Positions 14,470 to 26,435 of a stretch of 64,000 nt of DNA are shown piece by piece. The stretch is from Octopus sinensis. Taxonomy: Eukaryota. The notes under the pieces are model-generated. The model was not told where the DNA came from and ran no database searches. It was given only the letters and a program-made list of their open reading frames with translations. The stretch spans positions 158,472,001-158,536,000 of the forward strand of contig NC_042997.1 in NCBI RefSeq assembly GCF_006345805.1. The letters run 5' to 3'. Position 1 is the first letter of the stretch. Every line of letters begins with the position of its first letter. The translations under genes and the position numbers were made by a program.

Positions 14470-14637
14470 TTCTACCTATTCCATGTTCAGACTGGTCATA
14501 TTCAGCTTCTCACACAACGTTATTCTAAAAATAAACACTCACATAACCAAAATGTCGAAGTTGTGAGAACATGTATGATTAAGTTGGAACAATGCGAATC
14601 AATAAGCATTACATATGATTGAATGCTACAGGGTTAA
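14470..14637. mobile_element. Possible piggyBac-type non-autonomous element end
   Basis: Ends in AGGG followed by TTAA (14630-14637). No matching left end was identified. Confidence 0.3.
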
Positions 14638-17600
14638 CCGATTGAAGTGAATGAACCGAACAGTTTCTTAATTCCTGAAGACCCTACATGGAAAAGTTTA
14701 CATGAAAGTACATAGGGGTGAACTGACATGTGGTTTCTAACTGCTTTCTCTCTGGTAAGCGGAAGACATGAATTCCATCTTGCCATCAAGGTAAATACCG
14801 GCTTTGTAAATTTTATAGTTATTTCTCAAACAGTGATACAATGAGTATCTCTGAATGTACCTACTCACACGTAAGGCTTCCACTAGGAGACAATGAAATA
14901 AAGAAAAATACGAATCAATTTTCAATATTGATTGTCCTTTTAACCTTTCGGTGTATTTCTCCACTTCTCATTTGTACAATAACACAGTAACATCAATCAT
15001 TTCTGATGCTTTTCGTGAAATAAATTTGACTAAACATTTCAAACAAAAGGTAAGGTAACAGAATACGAACTAATAATTCTGTAACCGGTCAACGAAACAT
15101 CTCAAAAGGTTGTCGCTGCTCACAATCGACACGCAATACTGATACCACTTTACTAATTATGAAATTAGTAAATTTCATAATTTGTAGGCATAGGTAGTAG
15201 GCTTAGATTAAAATGTAGTAGTTTGAATCGGCATTTGTATTTTGGTAGTATTTATATTAGCAACCAGTGATGACAAAAAATGGTTGGGGGAATTTGACGG
15301 CAGTAAGGTTTTATGTCAGATGCGAATGCATGTAAATAACTAAGATAATGTACTCTATCAGAGATGAATCAATTTTTCCAGTTATTGCCTCATTTTGCAA
15401 TGCAAACTTCTTTCAAGATGATAGTTCAAAACCGAATTATTTGGGCAGGGCAACACAACATTACTTGACTGGTATTATGTTATCGACCAAAGATATATAA
15501 AAAGCAAATTCGAACTCTATGGAATTTGAACACAGGCTGAAATAGAAAGCTATCAAATAATAAAAGTACTTACCCCGAGACCCTACTAATTCTGTCACTC
15601 CTTTTTATGACTATAACAAATCGGATTTTCAAAGTTAGTGATATGCATAATCAAAAATATTGCTTAGCTTCAAGGCTGGCCTGATTCAACGGAACTGTGA
15701 TCGAGAATATTGTAACATTGACCATCTCATTTTTATGTATACCAGAGATTACATTGTTCTATAAATCATACCTTCTTAAAGGAGAGAATGGTTATTTGAC
15801 TTTTAAATCTACAAGCTTCAATGACTACGTGCGGGTTATCTTGTTAGCTACCCTTCATTTTTGAATAACACGGCATAACTCGAGGAAACATGTGATGATA
15901 TGTATCAGCTAAATGTAATGCAAATAGTATAACACGTACTCTGTCGATAGGGGAGAGAAAAATCTAACTGTTTCGGGACAAACCCTACGTCAGACACCCT
16001 AGGCTGTTTAATTGTACGAGTATCTTAAGCAATGGGCAAGGAAAGACGAGAAAGTAGAAGGAAGGTTACTAGCCAACGATGAGGCTGAATATGATCTGTT
16101 GCTTTCTATGAGTCCTGAGTTTAAATTTCGTCAACCAAAACTTTAAACTTATTAAAAGTAAGGATAAATCATAGAAAACAAATATGATTATTCCTTTTTT
16201 TTTATCTGATGCCTCTGTCAATGTTAGAAGTGAAATTTAAATTGTTTACCACCAAGTCAATTCAGATCAAGCAGACTTGAAATCAATTCCAGCCATGACA
16301 GTCTCGTAATCTTTGCATACCCAGGACTACATTGTCCAGCGTTTCCATCTTTTTTATGTTTCTATTTGAAGTTGTGATTATACAGAAAGTTACTGTTTCT
16401 TTGTGAAGACGAGAAACCACTTCAATAAATTTTTTAAATTATTTCAACCCGTAATACAGTCCGGTTCAGGAACTCGGCTGAGCGAGGTATGACGCCAACA
16501 GGACACACTATCTACTCAGACTTTAAAGAAATAATTATTTAAAACTGAAAAATAAAGGAAGAAAACAAATATCCTATTCTAAAATTCTACCGGGATTAGT
16601 TCCAGCGTCCTGGGAATAAACTCTATAGAATTCAAAGTTAAAAAAAAAAAATCCTGTTGCGCCTTACAACTGAACCATCCACGGAAATGTTTTAGAGAAA
16701 TACATAAAGAGTCAACCGATATGGGCCAACCAAAAACCACTTGCTGCAATGAAGGCTGTCACAGAGGTTTTTAATCAATAAAACCGATTCGCATTTACTT
16801 ATGCTGTTGATGTTGTTGCTGCTGTTATGTTACTGCCACCATTGTTGTTGTTTGTAGTATTTCATGATTATTACTAGCAGGCTGCTTGCTTTGCCAGAGC
16901 GTTATTTCGCTGGAATCTGTTTGCGACGTATGGTTCGGATAGACAGACGGTAATAGTAAGATTTCGGTGAAAAACACTTTGTAACACAGCTTGTGAAACT
17001 AAACAGCTCTCTTCCTCATACACGCTTTTTATTTCATCTTTACTTCTTAATTTTTTCACTTCTTCCTTTCAGTTTAATTTTTTTTTTCCACCTTAAGATA
17101 TACAATTAAGTTGGATGATCTGCAATATACCATTTGAAATACGGGCTTGAATTTGATAACAAAGTTACCATATAATTTACTTCCCAAGGTAAATACAATA
17201 ATACTAATTATTTTTCTTATTCATATGTTAGAGTTCACTAGTTAGTGATAAGTTAAGGAAATTGTTGCAAATATTTATATTATTTGAATAGTGACTAGGC
17301 TATATATAGAAGAGGGGGAACTATAACAAATTATAACAGAGAGCGCGATATGAATTCATTGAGAAGATTGGTTAAAAGTTGACTGTATAAAAAAAAAGTA
17401 ATCTTTACTGTTATATTTGATATCTTATGTATAATTGTAGATAATTTTGTATAGTATTCCATACGACGTCACAAGTTTCTCACGAAAGAAAAAAACAAAT
17501 GAAGCAACCACGGTAGTAAGAAAAACTTGAAACTTTTCATAGTCCCGTAAATGAGATGTGAATCTGGTCTCTCATGGATTATTTAAACAAAAACATATAA

Positions 17601-18011
17601 AAACGGGTTTTTAGATAACGGATTGTTAAAATCTGACTGTTTCGTTCCGTTCAACAGTAGAAACGCCTGCGTAAACTACACGAACACCATAAAATAATAA
17701 AATTAAAAAGAAGAGAAAAAATACCGCCTGATGCTATTTTCATACAATATTGTGTAAAGTTGGGACACTTGAAGTTCTTATAAGAATAATCTTACTTTTT
17801 AACTTTGTCAAATTTACTTGTGTGTAATATATGTATGTATGTATATAATAGCGAAAAAAACGCAGAGGAAATCACTTACAGTGCGAAAAAAAAAGTAACA
17901 ATAGGTGAAACAACAGAAAAGAAAAAAATAAGCAACAAATACAATATAGGTAGTGAAACTTTAGGCCGAAAAGTGGAGCTTGGATGGATAAGTACGTGTT
18001 TCGGCCGAGAC

Positions 18012-18147
18012 ATGGGGTCTACCCCAAGTTCGCCGAGTTCAAGCGAAGAACAAGAGGGAGATAAATTTTGGGTACCACCAAATGTAGCACAAAGGAAAAG
18101 GGCCCAGAGTTTGGTTCCCTTTACTCTACACAGAAGTAGTATTGACG
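18012..18147 (+). CDS. Candidate first coding exon of an unidentified host gene (MGSTPSSPSSSEEQEGDKFWVPPNVAQRKRAQSLVPFTLHRSSID-G, phase-1 intron)
   Basis: ATG in GACATGG context, non-repetitive protein-like sequence, MGxxxS N-terminus and an RKRAQS basophilic motif. A perfect GTAAGT donor (18148-18153) lies just before the frame would stop. The protein family was not recognised. Confidence 0.6.
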
Positions 18148-18560
18148 GTAAGTGAACAGTTTTTTTTATAGCTATCACTGCATTTGATGTTGAAAAATTG
18201 TTTAAGAGGTATTTTATCTTAATGAAAAGTTAATTCTTTCCTTGTGCCTGTATGTTACAATCTATATATTTCTCTTGGGACATTTATTAGCTATGCATGA
18301 ATAATTCTTTACTGAAAAACAGAAATTAAATAACTTATAAACTATTTATATATATTTGAAAAAACGATATAGTTATTCTAAAATATTTTTTCTTTCAAGG
18401 GGTAGCAACATTATTTTTTTAACTAAGTAAAAACATTATAAATAGAACAAAATATGAACGGTTGTAATTTATTGAGACCTTTTAATCGCTAAAATTGTTG
18501 TGGTTACTTTACAAATAGTATACATCATAAATATGCGCTGTATCAATCATGAAACAGGCA

Positions 18561-18640
<80 letters not shown>

Positions 18641-18846
18641 ATACATGCGCGTATGCACACACACACACACACATATGACTAGCAAACACAGAAATTGATA
18701 GGGAGATAGATAGTTGTAGTAAATCGACTCATGTTCCACAAATGCCATTACTTAGAATTTCAAAGTCACGCGGGCACGTGCCTAATTGATAGGCTGTCTA
18801 TCAATTTATCATGCTTGATGCGTATACATACATACATATATATACA

Positions 18847-18877
<31 letters not shown>

Positions 18878-19050
18878 TACATACATATATATATACATAT
18901 TACATACATACATATATATATACATATTACATACATACACACATATATATATGTACGTATTACATACATATATATATATATATACGTATTACATACATAC
19001 ATATACATACATAGGATGTGCATATTGATCATTTTATTCGTATATGTATG

Positions 19051-19081
<31 letters not shown>

Positions 19082-20043
19082 CATACTTACTTGTATGTAT
19101 ACATACTGCTTTATACATACTACTTTACCATATACGCCAATATACAATCCTCTATTCATAATACAGTCGTTGTAAAAGAGAATACTACGCACGAATCACA
19201 CTACTTCCCCTCCCACTCATTTATAACTACGGAACACGTAGCCGGCACCGACCGGTTATTGTGCTTATTAGTTTCCTGGAAGCACGGCGTCAATGACATC
19301 TACATATGCAGTTTATACGAGCGTAGATTTGTGTTTGTGTGTGTTGGTGAGAGAGAGACAGCACGTAATTGAGAATTAAAATATACACACAGCCCTCTGA
19401 CACACACACACAAATAAACAAAGATGCCTACGATCGCGCACAAACACACACACACATACATACTTTTCTGGTGTAAATAGGATTATGAATCACAACATAT
19501 ACAGACGCACACATAGTTTTGCGTATATCATTTGTTGGTAGCTCTATGACTGCATATATTCTTCCATTCGCAGGGAATTGGTGAAAAGTTTTGTTAGTAG
19601 TTTACGCATTAAATTAGTTTAGTTTGGGACTTTGTATTAATAGCAGACGCACGACTCTAGTACACACACATACACACACACCTATATATATATATATATA
19701 TATATAATATATTATATATATATATAGCAAGGTAAACTGTGCGCTAATGCATTTGTACATATAAATGTATTTGAAGAAGTGTAAGTATATAAATATATAT
19801 ATATATACACACGTTTAGATATGCATAATTACATTTACACACCACACACACACACATGACTACATATTTATACGTGTGTGTATGTATGTATGTATATATA
19901 TATATATTATATATATATTATATATATATATATATATATGTATATATGTCTGTGTGTGTGTGTTGTATGTATACACATCTTGAAGGTGAAGTCTCGCAGT
20001 GAGTTAAAATTTTAATTTTCGCGCTTGTATATTCTAATGCATT

Positions 20044-20077
<34 letters not shown>

Positions 20078-20114
20078 CTCTCTCTCTTGCATACATACAC
20101 ACACACACACACAC

Positions 20115-20156
<42 letters not shown>

Positions 20157-20304
20157 TATATAGAAGGAGCTTCTACAGGACTAGAACTGTTTCATTCAAG
20201 AGAAATCTTCAGGAAGCTAGTTAACAAGAATTGTATTGGCATTTATGAATGAAGATTTCTCTTGAATGAAACAGTTCTAGTCCTGTAGAAGGTCCTTCTA
20301 TATA
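20157..20304. repeat. Fold-back element (PLE-end derived), ~55-bp arms with one mismatch and a 38-nt loop
   Basis: Arm 20157-20211 is the reverse complement of 20250-20304. Confidence 0.92.
20168..20218 (-). ncRNA. Type I hammerhead ribozyme, canonical core
   Basis: AGCUUC-CUGAAGA-U UUC UCUU GAA U-GAA-ACAG UUCUAGUC CUGU-A/GAAGCU: 6-bp stem I, 4-bp stem III, GUA cleavage triplet. Confidence 0.8.
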
Positions 20305-20375
20305 ATAAATTAATTTTACTCTGCTATGTATTGAGTACCTTATTTACTGTGGTTAACCCCGAATCAACCCGGACC

Positions 20376-20423
<48 letters not shown>

Positions 20424-20959
20424 ATTAATGTATAAGTAGACATAGGATCACGCATATATACATAACATACTTGCGATTAGATAATGCTCGCAGAACTTAC
20501 ATACATGTGCACAACAGTCAATATATTTATTGTTTTATAAAAACTTTCTCACATAAAAAAAAATTGATATTAAATTACACTTATGCAGCTTCTAGAATAT
20601 ATAATCAAAACTAACTTCAGCTTTAAATATCCTATTTAGCATTTATATAATATTAGTTTAATTATTTATAAATATGAGATAATGAGATACATACATGTAT
20701 GAGAAAGCGTGTCTGTATATATAAACATATAGTTATAAAACAAACACACACACACATATATATATAATATGTATGTATGTCGATAGGCATAGTCGTGTGT
20801 TATATATAAGTACATTATGCATATATACGTATCTATATATACGTCTGTGTACAAACACCCACGCACTTACATGCACATACAGATATGTTTTGTATATATA
20901 TATGAAGTACTATATATATATATATAAGGGTATGCGTGTGTACGTACATATATATATAT

Positions 20960-21007
<48 letters not shown>

Positions 21008-21302
21008 ATATATATATATCGCGAAATAACACACCTGTTGCACCGAAAATAATAAATATCAATAAATGTTTCTATATATATGAAATAGATCATATATATT
21101 CTCACCGAATTTTCTGTTCTCCGATGAGATAAATACAAAAAGTAATTTATTGTGTTTAGGACATTTCATTATTATTATTATTTCTCAGAAATATGTTTTA
21201 GTATGGAACGATATGAGGAAAGACGCGGAGCAAAAGGAAAGCAAAAAAGAATAAAAAAAATAAGAAGCGGTCCTCGGTGAAAATAACCACGTGCAGGTTT
21301 CA

Positions 21303-21359
21303 TAGACAGATAGGTAGAGAGATAGACAAATAGATAGACAGATAGATAGATAGATAGAC

Positions 21360-21430
<71 letters not shown>
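21303..21430. repeat. (GATA)n microsatellite
   Basis: Direct reading. Confidence 0.95.
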
Positions 21431-21530
21431 AAAATGTGTGTGCGTAGGTGCATACATGTGTTTATGGACACAGTCACTCATGTGTGGGTGTCTATATACA
21501 TATGTTTATGTACACGTATATATTTATATA

Positions 21531-21580
21531 TGCCCCAGCATGGCCGCGGCCTTCTGGCTAAAACATTTTTAAGGATTTTA
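21531..21580 (+). mobile_element. Solo ~50-bp CR1-like LINE 3' tail
   Basis: TGCCCCAGCATGGCCGCGGCCTTCTGGCTAAAACATTTTTAAGGATTT is nearly identical to the LINE tail at 49043-49092. Confidence 0.8.
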
Positions 21581-21586
21581 AGTATT

Positions 21587-21641
<55 letters not shown>

Positions 21642-21944
21642 CACACACACATATATAATATTTATGTAAATACCTGTACAAATATCTGAGAGAGAGAAGC
21701 GTGGGTGTGAGCACGTGTTTGTCTATATGTCTGCGGTCATATTTTTATTTGCGTGTATATGTATACATAAACAAGAACACACGCCCACACATTGAATTGG
21801 AAATGCATAGATACTTAAACTCGCAAATATATTTATGTTTATATGTAAATATATAAATAAACATAAATATATATTATATATATATTATATGTGTGTATGT
21901 GTGCGCGCGTGTGTATATGTATATATATTCTTATATTCTTTTCT

Positions 21945-22312
21945 TTTACTTCTTTCAGTCATATGACTGCGGCCATGCTGGAGTGCCGCCTTTAGTCGAG
22001 CAAATCGACCTCAGGACTTATTCTTTGCAAGCCTAGTACTTATTCTATCGTTATCTTTAGCCGAACCGCTATGTTACGGTGATGTAAACACACCAACATC
22101 GGTTGTCAAGCAATGGTGGAGCGACAAACACACAAATACATCCACACACGTATATACGACAGGCTTCTTTCAGTTTCCGTCTACCAAATCCACTCACAAG
22201 GCTTTGGTCGGCCCGAAGCTACAGTAGAAGACACTTGCCCAAGGTGCCACGCAGTGCAACTGAACCCGGAACCATGTGGTTGGGAGGCAAGCTTCTTAAC
22301 ACGAAGCCTCTT
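21945..22312 (-). mobile_element. SINE with CORE-like CCTTGGGCAAGTGTCTT body and CR1-type tail
   Basis: Minus strand reads AAGAAGCTTGCCTCCCAACCACATGGTTCCGGGTTCAG...CCTTGGGCAAGTGTCTTCTAC...GGATTTGGTAGACGGAAACTGAAAGAAGCC...CTCCAGCATGGCCGCAGTCATATGACTGAAAG. Same family as 25964, 61693 and 63608. Confidence 0.88.
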
Positions 22313-22394
22313 CTGCAGTTGTATATGTATGTATGTATGTATGTATGTAGTATGTATGTATGTATGTATGTATGTATGTATGTATATATATATA

Positions 22395-22451
<57 letters not shown>

Positions 22452-22913
22452 GACATAGACAAGCACATATAAATTTGCTTCTTCCTATATATAACGGTGG
22501 ATATATTTATACGTACACACGCACACACACACATAGGTATATCTCTGCATATATGTGTGTGTGCGCGCGTTTGTGATACGTGCGTACTTATATGTATATG
22601 TGTGTATCTTTTAGAATATGGTGCCTGCAGTTTGCGATTCTTTCTGAGAGTAAAGTTATGCTTTCCTTCCCGTCGAGAGGCAATATTCGTTGTGACTAAT
22701 AGGTAGTTGGTATACTGTTCTTGTCACATACGACATACAGGGTCTGAATTTTTCTGTTGATGAACAAAGGCAATAATATGTGTGTATAGATCCGAAACGG
22801 GTCGTACATTGTTGTTTTGTATATGATGGGTGAAGGGAAAACAACGCAGAATCCTAAAGAAAAGAAGCCCTACATCCGGACAAGTTACTGTTACTAATGA
22901 CTAGAACTTCCAA

Positions 22914-23165
22914 GCGCACGTGGCTTAGTGGTTAGGGTGTCAGCGTCATGACCGTAAGATTGTAGTTTCGATTCCTGGACCGGGCGACGCGTTGTGTTCT
23001 TGAGCAAAGCACTTCATTTCACGTTGCTCCAGTCCACTCAGCTGGCAAAAATGAGTAACGCTGCGATGGACTGGCGTCCCGTCCAGCTAGGGAACACATA
23101 CGCCATTGAAACCGGGAAATCGGGCCCATGAGCCTGGCTAGGCTTTAAAAGGGCGCATTTATTTT
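22914..23165 (+). mobile_element. tRNA-derived SINE
   Basis: A box TGGCTTAGTGG (22921), B box GTTTCGATTCC (22965), body TGTGTTCTTGAGCAAAGCACTT and GCGATGGACTGGCGTCCCGTCCAG. Confidence 0.88.
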
Positions 23166-24157
23166 ATATTATTATTGCTAATCTGTAATTAGGGAAGTAA
23201 ATATTGTGTGGAGACATGTAAAGAAAGTTCTAAAACGTAGAGAACTTGGAGCCTTTTGAAGTACTTGAAGTATAGAGATGATAGAAGTTTTACTACATCC
23301 TATAAGTCCTTATCTGAGAGCAGTAAACTCAGTTGGGATGGCAGATATTACTTCATTAAGGCTGCATCAAATGATTGTCTGACATATTCCAATATTGAGA
23401 GTAAAGATAAAGGACAAGTAAATACTCAACGAGTATTTAATCCAAAAAGAAACCCTGCTCAGCTGGAATAGTTACAGAATGACTGCATGAATAAAATCGG
23501 TGTACGGCAAGCTAGAAGGATTGTTGGCGCCATCAGTGGTGCTCGTTCCTACTCGAAGGATATGCCGAAATTATGAACTGTGTGTATGTATATATGTATA
23601 TATTTCTTTGTTATGTGTATCAATCTAGTGGATGATCATTCCATAGACGTGTATACATAAACGTTTAGTGCAATGAGCGTAAAAATGTGGCAAGGTTGTT
23701 GCCTTTGAATTATAACTATGCGTATATTTATCTATATGCATATACATACATGTATATTTACATATATACATGTAATTTGTATGTATTTACGTATGAATTT
23801 GTGTGGTGCATGTTTGCATGTAAACGGTAGGCTTATATTCAGTTTTTGTTTACCTAGTTTTTCTCACAAATTATAGGTCGACATGAGGCTATAATAAAGT
23901 ATTTACTTGAAATGCGACCAGAACTCATCTTTACAAAGCAAACTTGTTATCCATTCAACTATACTGCGATTCTGCTGACAGAATATAGAAGCCGTCTACA
24001 ATTTAAAGATACAATCTTGTCACGGACTATGTTACGCAGATTTCGCATGAGAATTAGTTAAGGGTATATATGACTGCTGACACTTTACGAACTTGCAGAA
24101 TTCTCGAAATAGCCGAATAACTCAATCGTTATCGCGCAAACCAACAGGAAACTACTG

Positions 24158-24158
<1 letters not shown>

Positions 24159-24214
<56 letters not shown>
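24159..24214. repeat. (TATC)n microsatellite
   Basis: Direct reading. Confidence 0.95.
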
Positions 24215-24329
24215 ACAGTTTGCGTAAACAGAAGAGAAAACAATATCCCACTGAAAAATAGAGAAACTTACAAACTCAAAAATAACCAACTAGATTATCA
24301 TTAGGAGATAATAGTTTACTCAAACTATC

Positions 24330-25110
24330 CACCCTCTACTTCCAGAGTGGCCGCAAGAAACCAGGTACATGCGTTCCTCAAAGTGTTCCTTGGGCGATCT
24401 TAGAAAATCTTCTTGGCCATCAGCTCGGCCACGGTGTTGCCAGCAGAGCTGTTAGTGTCTTTCTCAACCACGCCACATGCATTAATATTATAATCATAGG
24501 AATTAGGAGGTCAAAATTTGGGGTTAGTGAAGTAGTGGGAATTCCCTGATAACCACTTCTGATTCCTTCTGGAGGTATGGCAAAGAGACAAAAGCTGCTA
24601 CAATATGGCCTTCCAGTAGAATACCTGTCCAGGAATTGCCCTCAATTTCCACCAGCTTCATATAACCGGATGAAGTAAGCCAAAGGATATGTCCAAAAAT
24701 GTTGGGAGATGTGTCATCACACTCACTGGGGACATCCTAAATCCCAAAATGTTCCTGTTGGTCACGGTTTCATAGTCTCCGTTGCAGCAGTAATGATATC
24801 GTTATGTTTTTACCCGGTGCGAATCATAATAATACGTTACATTTTCCCAGTATTCAGATAACTTCTAGTCCTCCTTTGAAGATTTTCTCAACTACAAATT
24901 TTATTTTCATGCTCTCCAATGCCGTTGACTGTTTACTAATTCATCAAGTTATTCCTGAGAAAAAGAGACATAAAAATCGTCTAATTTAACCTGAAGGCCC
25001 TGTATATAAAATTTCTGACTCAAGTACCCATCTCTTCAAGTACTAGGTGCTCCTCGCATCTCATGTGATGGACATATCCTACGCGCCCATGAAACTTTAA
25101 GTCATGTAGA
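24330..25110 (-). mobile_element. Tc1/mariner-superfamily (maT-like) transposase remnant
   Basis: Minus strand gives CHTSRRNQKWLSG and PPNSYD...CGVVEKDTNSSAGNTVAELMAK...PRNTLRNAC, matching the QQDSAPCH and WPPNSPDCNPLDY catalytic region. The frame is disrupted. Confidence 0.75.
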
Positions 25111-25159
25111 GGTTATTCAAACTATTTTTGATTAAAAATATATGTAAATTCTGTTGTGT

Positions 25160-25334
25160 CTGGGGAGAGTCATTTTCTTTTTGTGCCTTTATTATGTAAC
25201 GCAAGAGTCAAGACTACTGAAAAGGTTGCAAGACGCAACGAAAATTTTTGGAAAATAAAAATAAGAAATAAGTGGAAATTTTACCGGTGAGTGTGTTACA
25301 TTATAAGGCACAAAAAAGAAAATGACTCTCTCAG
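25160..25334. mobile_element. MITE-like element with ~43-bp terminal inverted repeats
   Basis: CTGGGGAGAGTCATTTTCTTTTTGTGCCTT...TGTAAC versus GTTACATTATAAGGCACAAAAAAGAAAATGACTCTCTCAG. Confidence 0.7.
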
Positions 25335-25963
25335 GAAACAACAGAATATGCTTCAATACACGAACTCATATAAAGAACCTTGCAAACCAAATCCAAAAAC
25401 GAAATATATGTAATTGCGACCAAATTATTGAGTGTTACTTTCATTTGTTCACTCAAGCTAATGCCAAGAATATAATGCATAGGCGTATAGTTTAGCGATA
25501 GTATACGTTTCAATCCTAAAGCTGGGGGCTGGGCAATTACTGATTTTACATACATATATATCCCTGCTAATCTATACACGTATCCATTCATATGTATTTA
25601 TATCGAGTAAAAGAACAAATTCTCAGCGAATATAAAATCAAAAGTAACGCAGCATGATTGGAGCAGTTACAAGGTAGTGGAGACGCCACAAGGAAATACA
25701 CTCCACTTGTTCTTGGGAGTAGAGCCTAGTATTTCGTTATTCCCAGTGGCGCATCGCCGGTACGAGGCACACTTCTTGTGTCGAACTTCCTCGAGATTCG
25801 CTGTTTGTTTCATTTAATGCAGCGACTATAACTGGGAATCATACTCCAGACTACCTAGAGCAAACGTTCTCCACAAACCACCAAGATTTCCTATTCTTCT
25901 TCCAGACACTAACATACATATTTACATACTTAAATGAACACACACACACACACACACAAACAC

Positions 25964-26435
25964 AGGCGTGACTGTGTGGTAAGAAGCTTCCTTCCCAAAC
26001 AAAAGGCTCCAGGTTAAAGGTTCAGTTTCACTGCGTGCTACCTTGGGCAAGTGTCTTCTATAAGAGCTCCGGAGCGAAAAAAGCCTTCTAAGTGGATTTG
26101 GTAGACGGAAACAGGCAGAAGCCCGACATGCCCGACATCTCTCTCTCTCTATATATATATATATGTATGTATATATATATATATTATATATACATACATA
26201 CATACATATATATATATGTATGTATACATAGACAGACAAATAGATAGATATAATGTGTGTGTGTTTATCCTCCACTCCACCACTTGACAACCGGCATTTC
26301 TACGTCTCCGTTCGGCAAAAGAGACCGATAGAATAAATACTAAATTTTACGAAATAAATACTGGGCTCGATACATTCAGCTATTTAAATAAAAATTCTAC
26401 AAGCTGGTGCTCCAGCATCGCCGCAGTCTGATGAT
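25964..26435 (+). mobile_element. SINE (21945 family), interrupted by microsatellite
   Basis: GTGTGGTAAGAAGCTT...CCTTGGGCAAGTGTCTTCTA...GGATTTGGTAGACGGAAAC...GGTGCTCCAGCATCGCCGCAGTC. Confidence 0.82.

Noticed and set aside
15963-15996. Hammerhead-like CUGACGUA-GGG UUUGU CCC-GAAAC A GUU on the minus strand
   Set aside because: A9 is substituted and stem I is mismatched; counted only as a decayed relic.
17465-17472. CRE-like GACGTCAC upstream of the candidate exon
   Set aside because: A single imperfect 8-mer that also occurs inside a SINE near 14000; insufficient to call a promoter.
22757-22808. UUGAUGA...GAAAC GG GUC hammerhead-like string
   Set aside because: Stems I and II do not pair.
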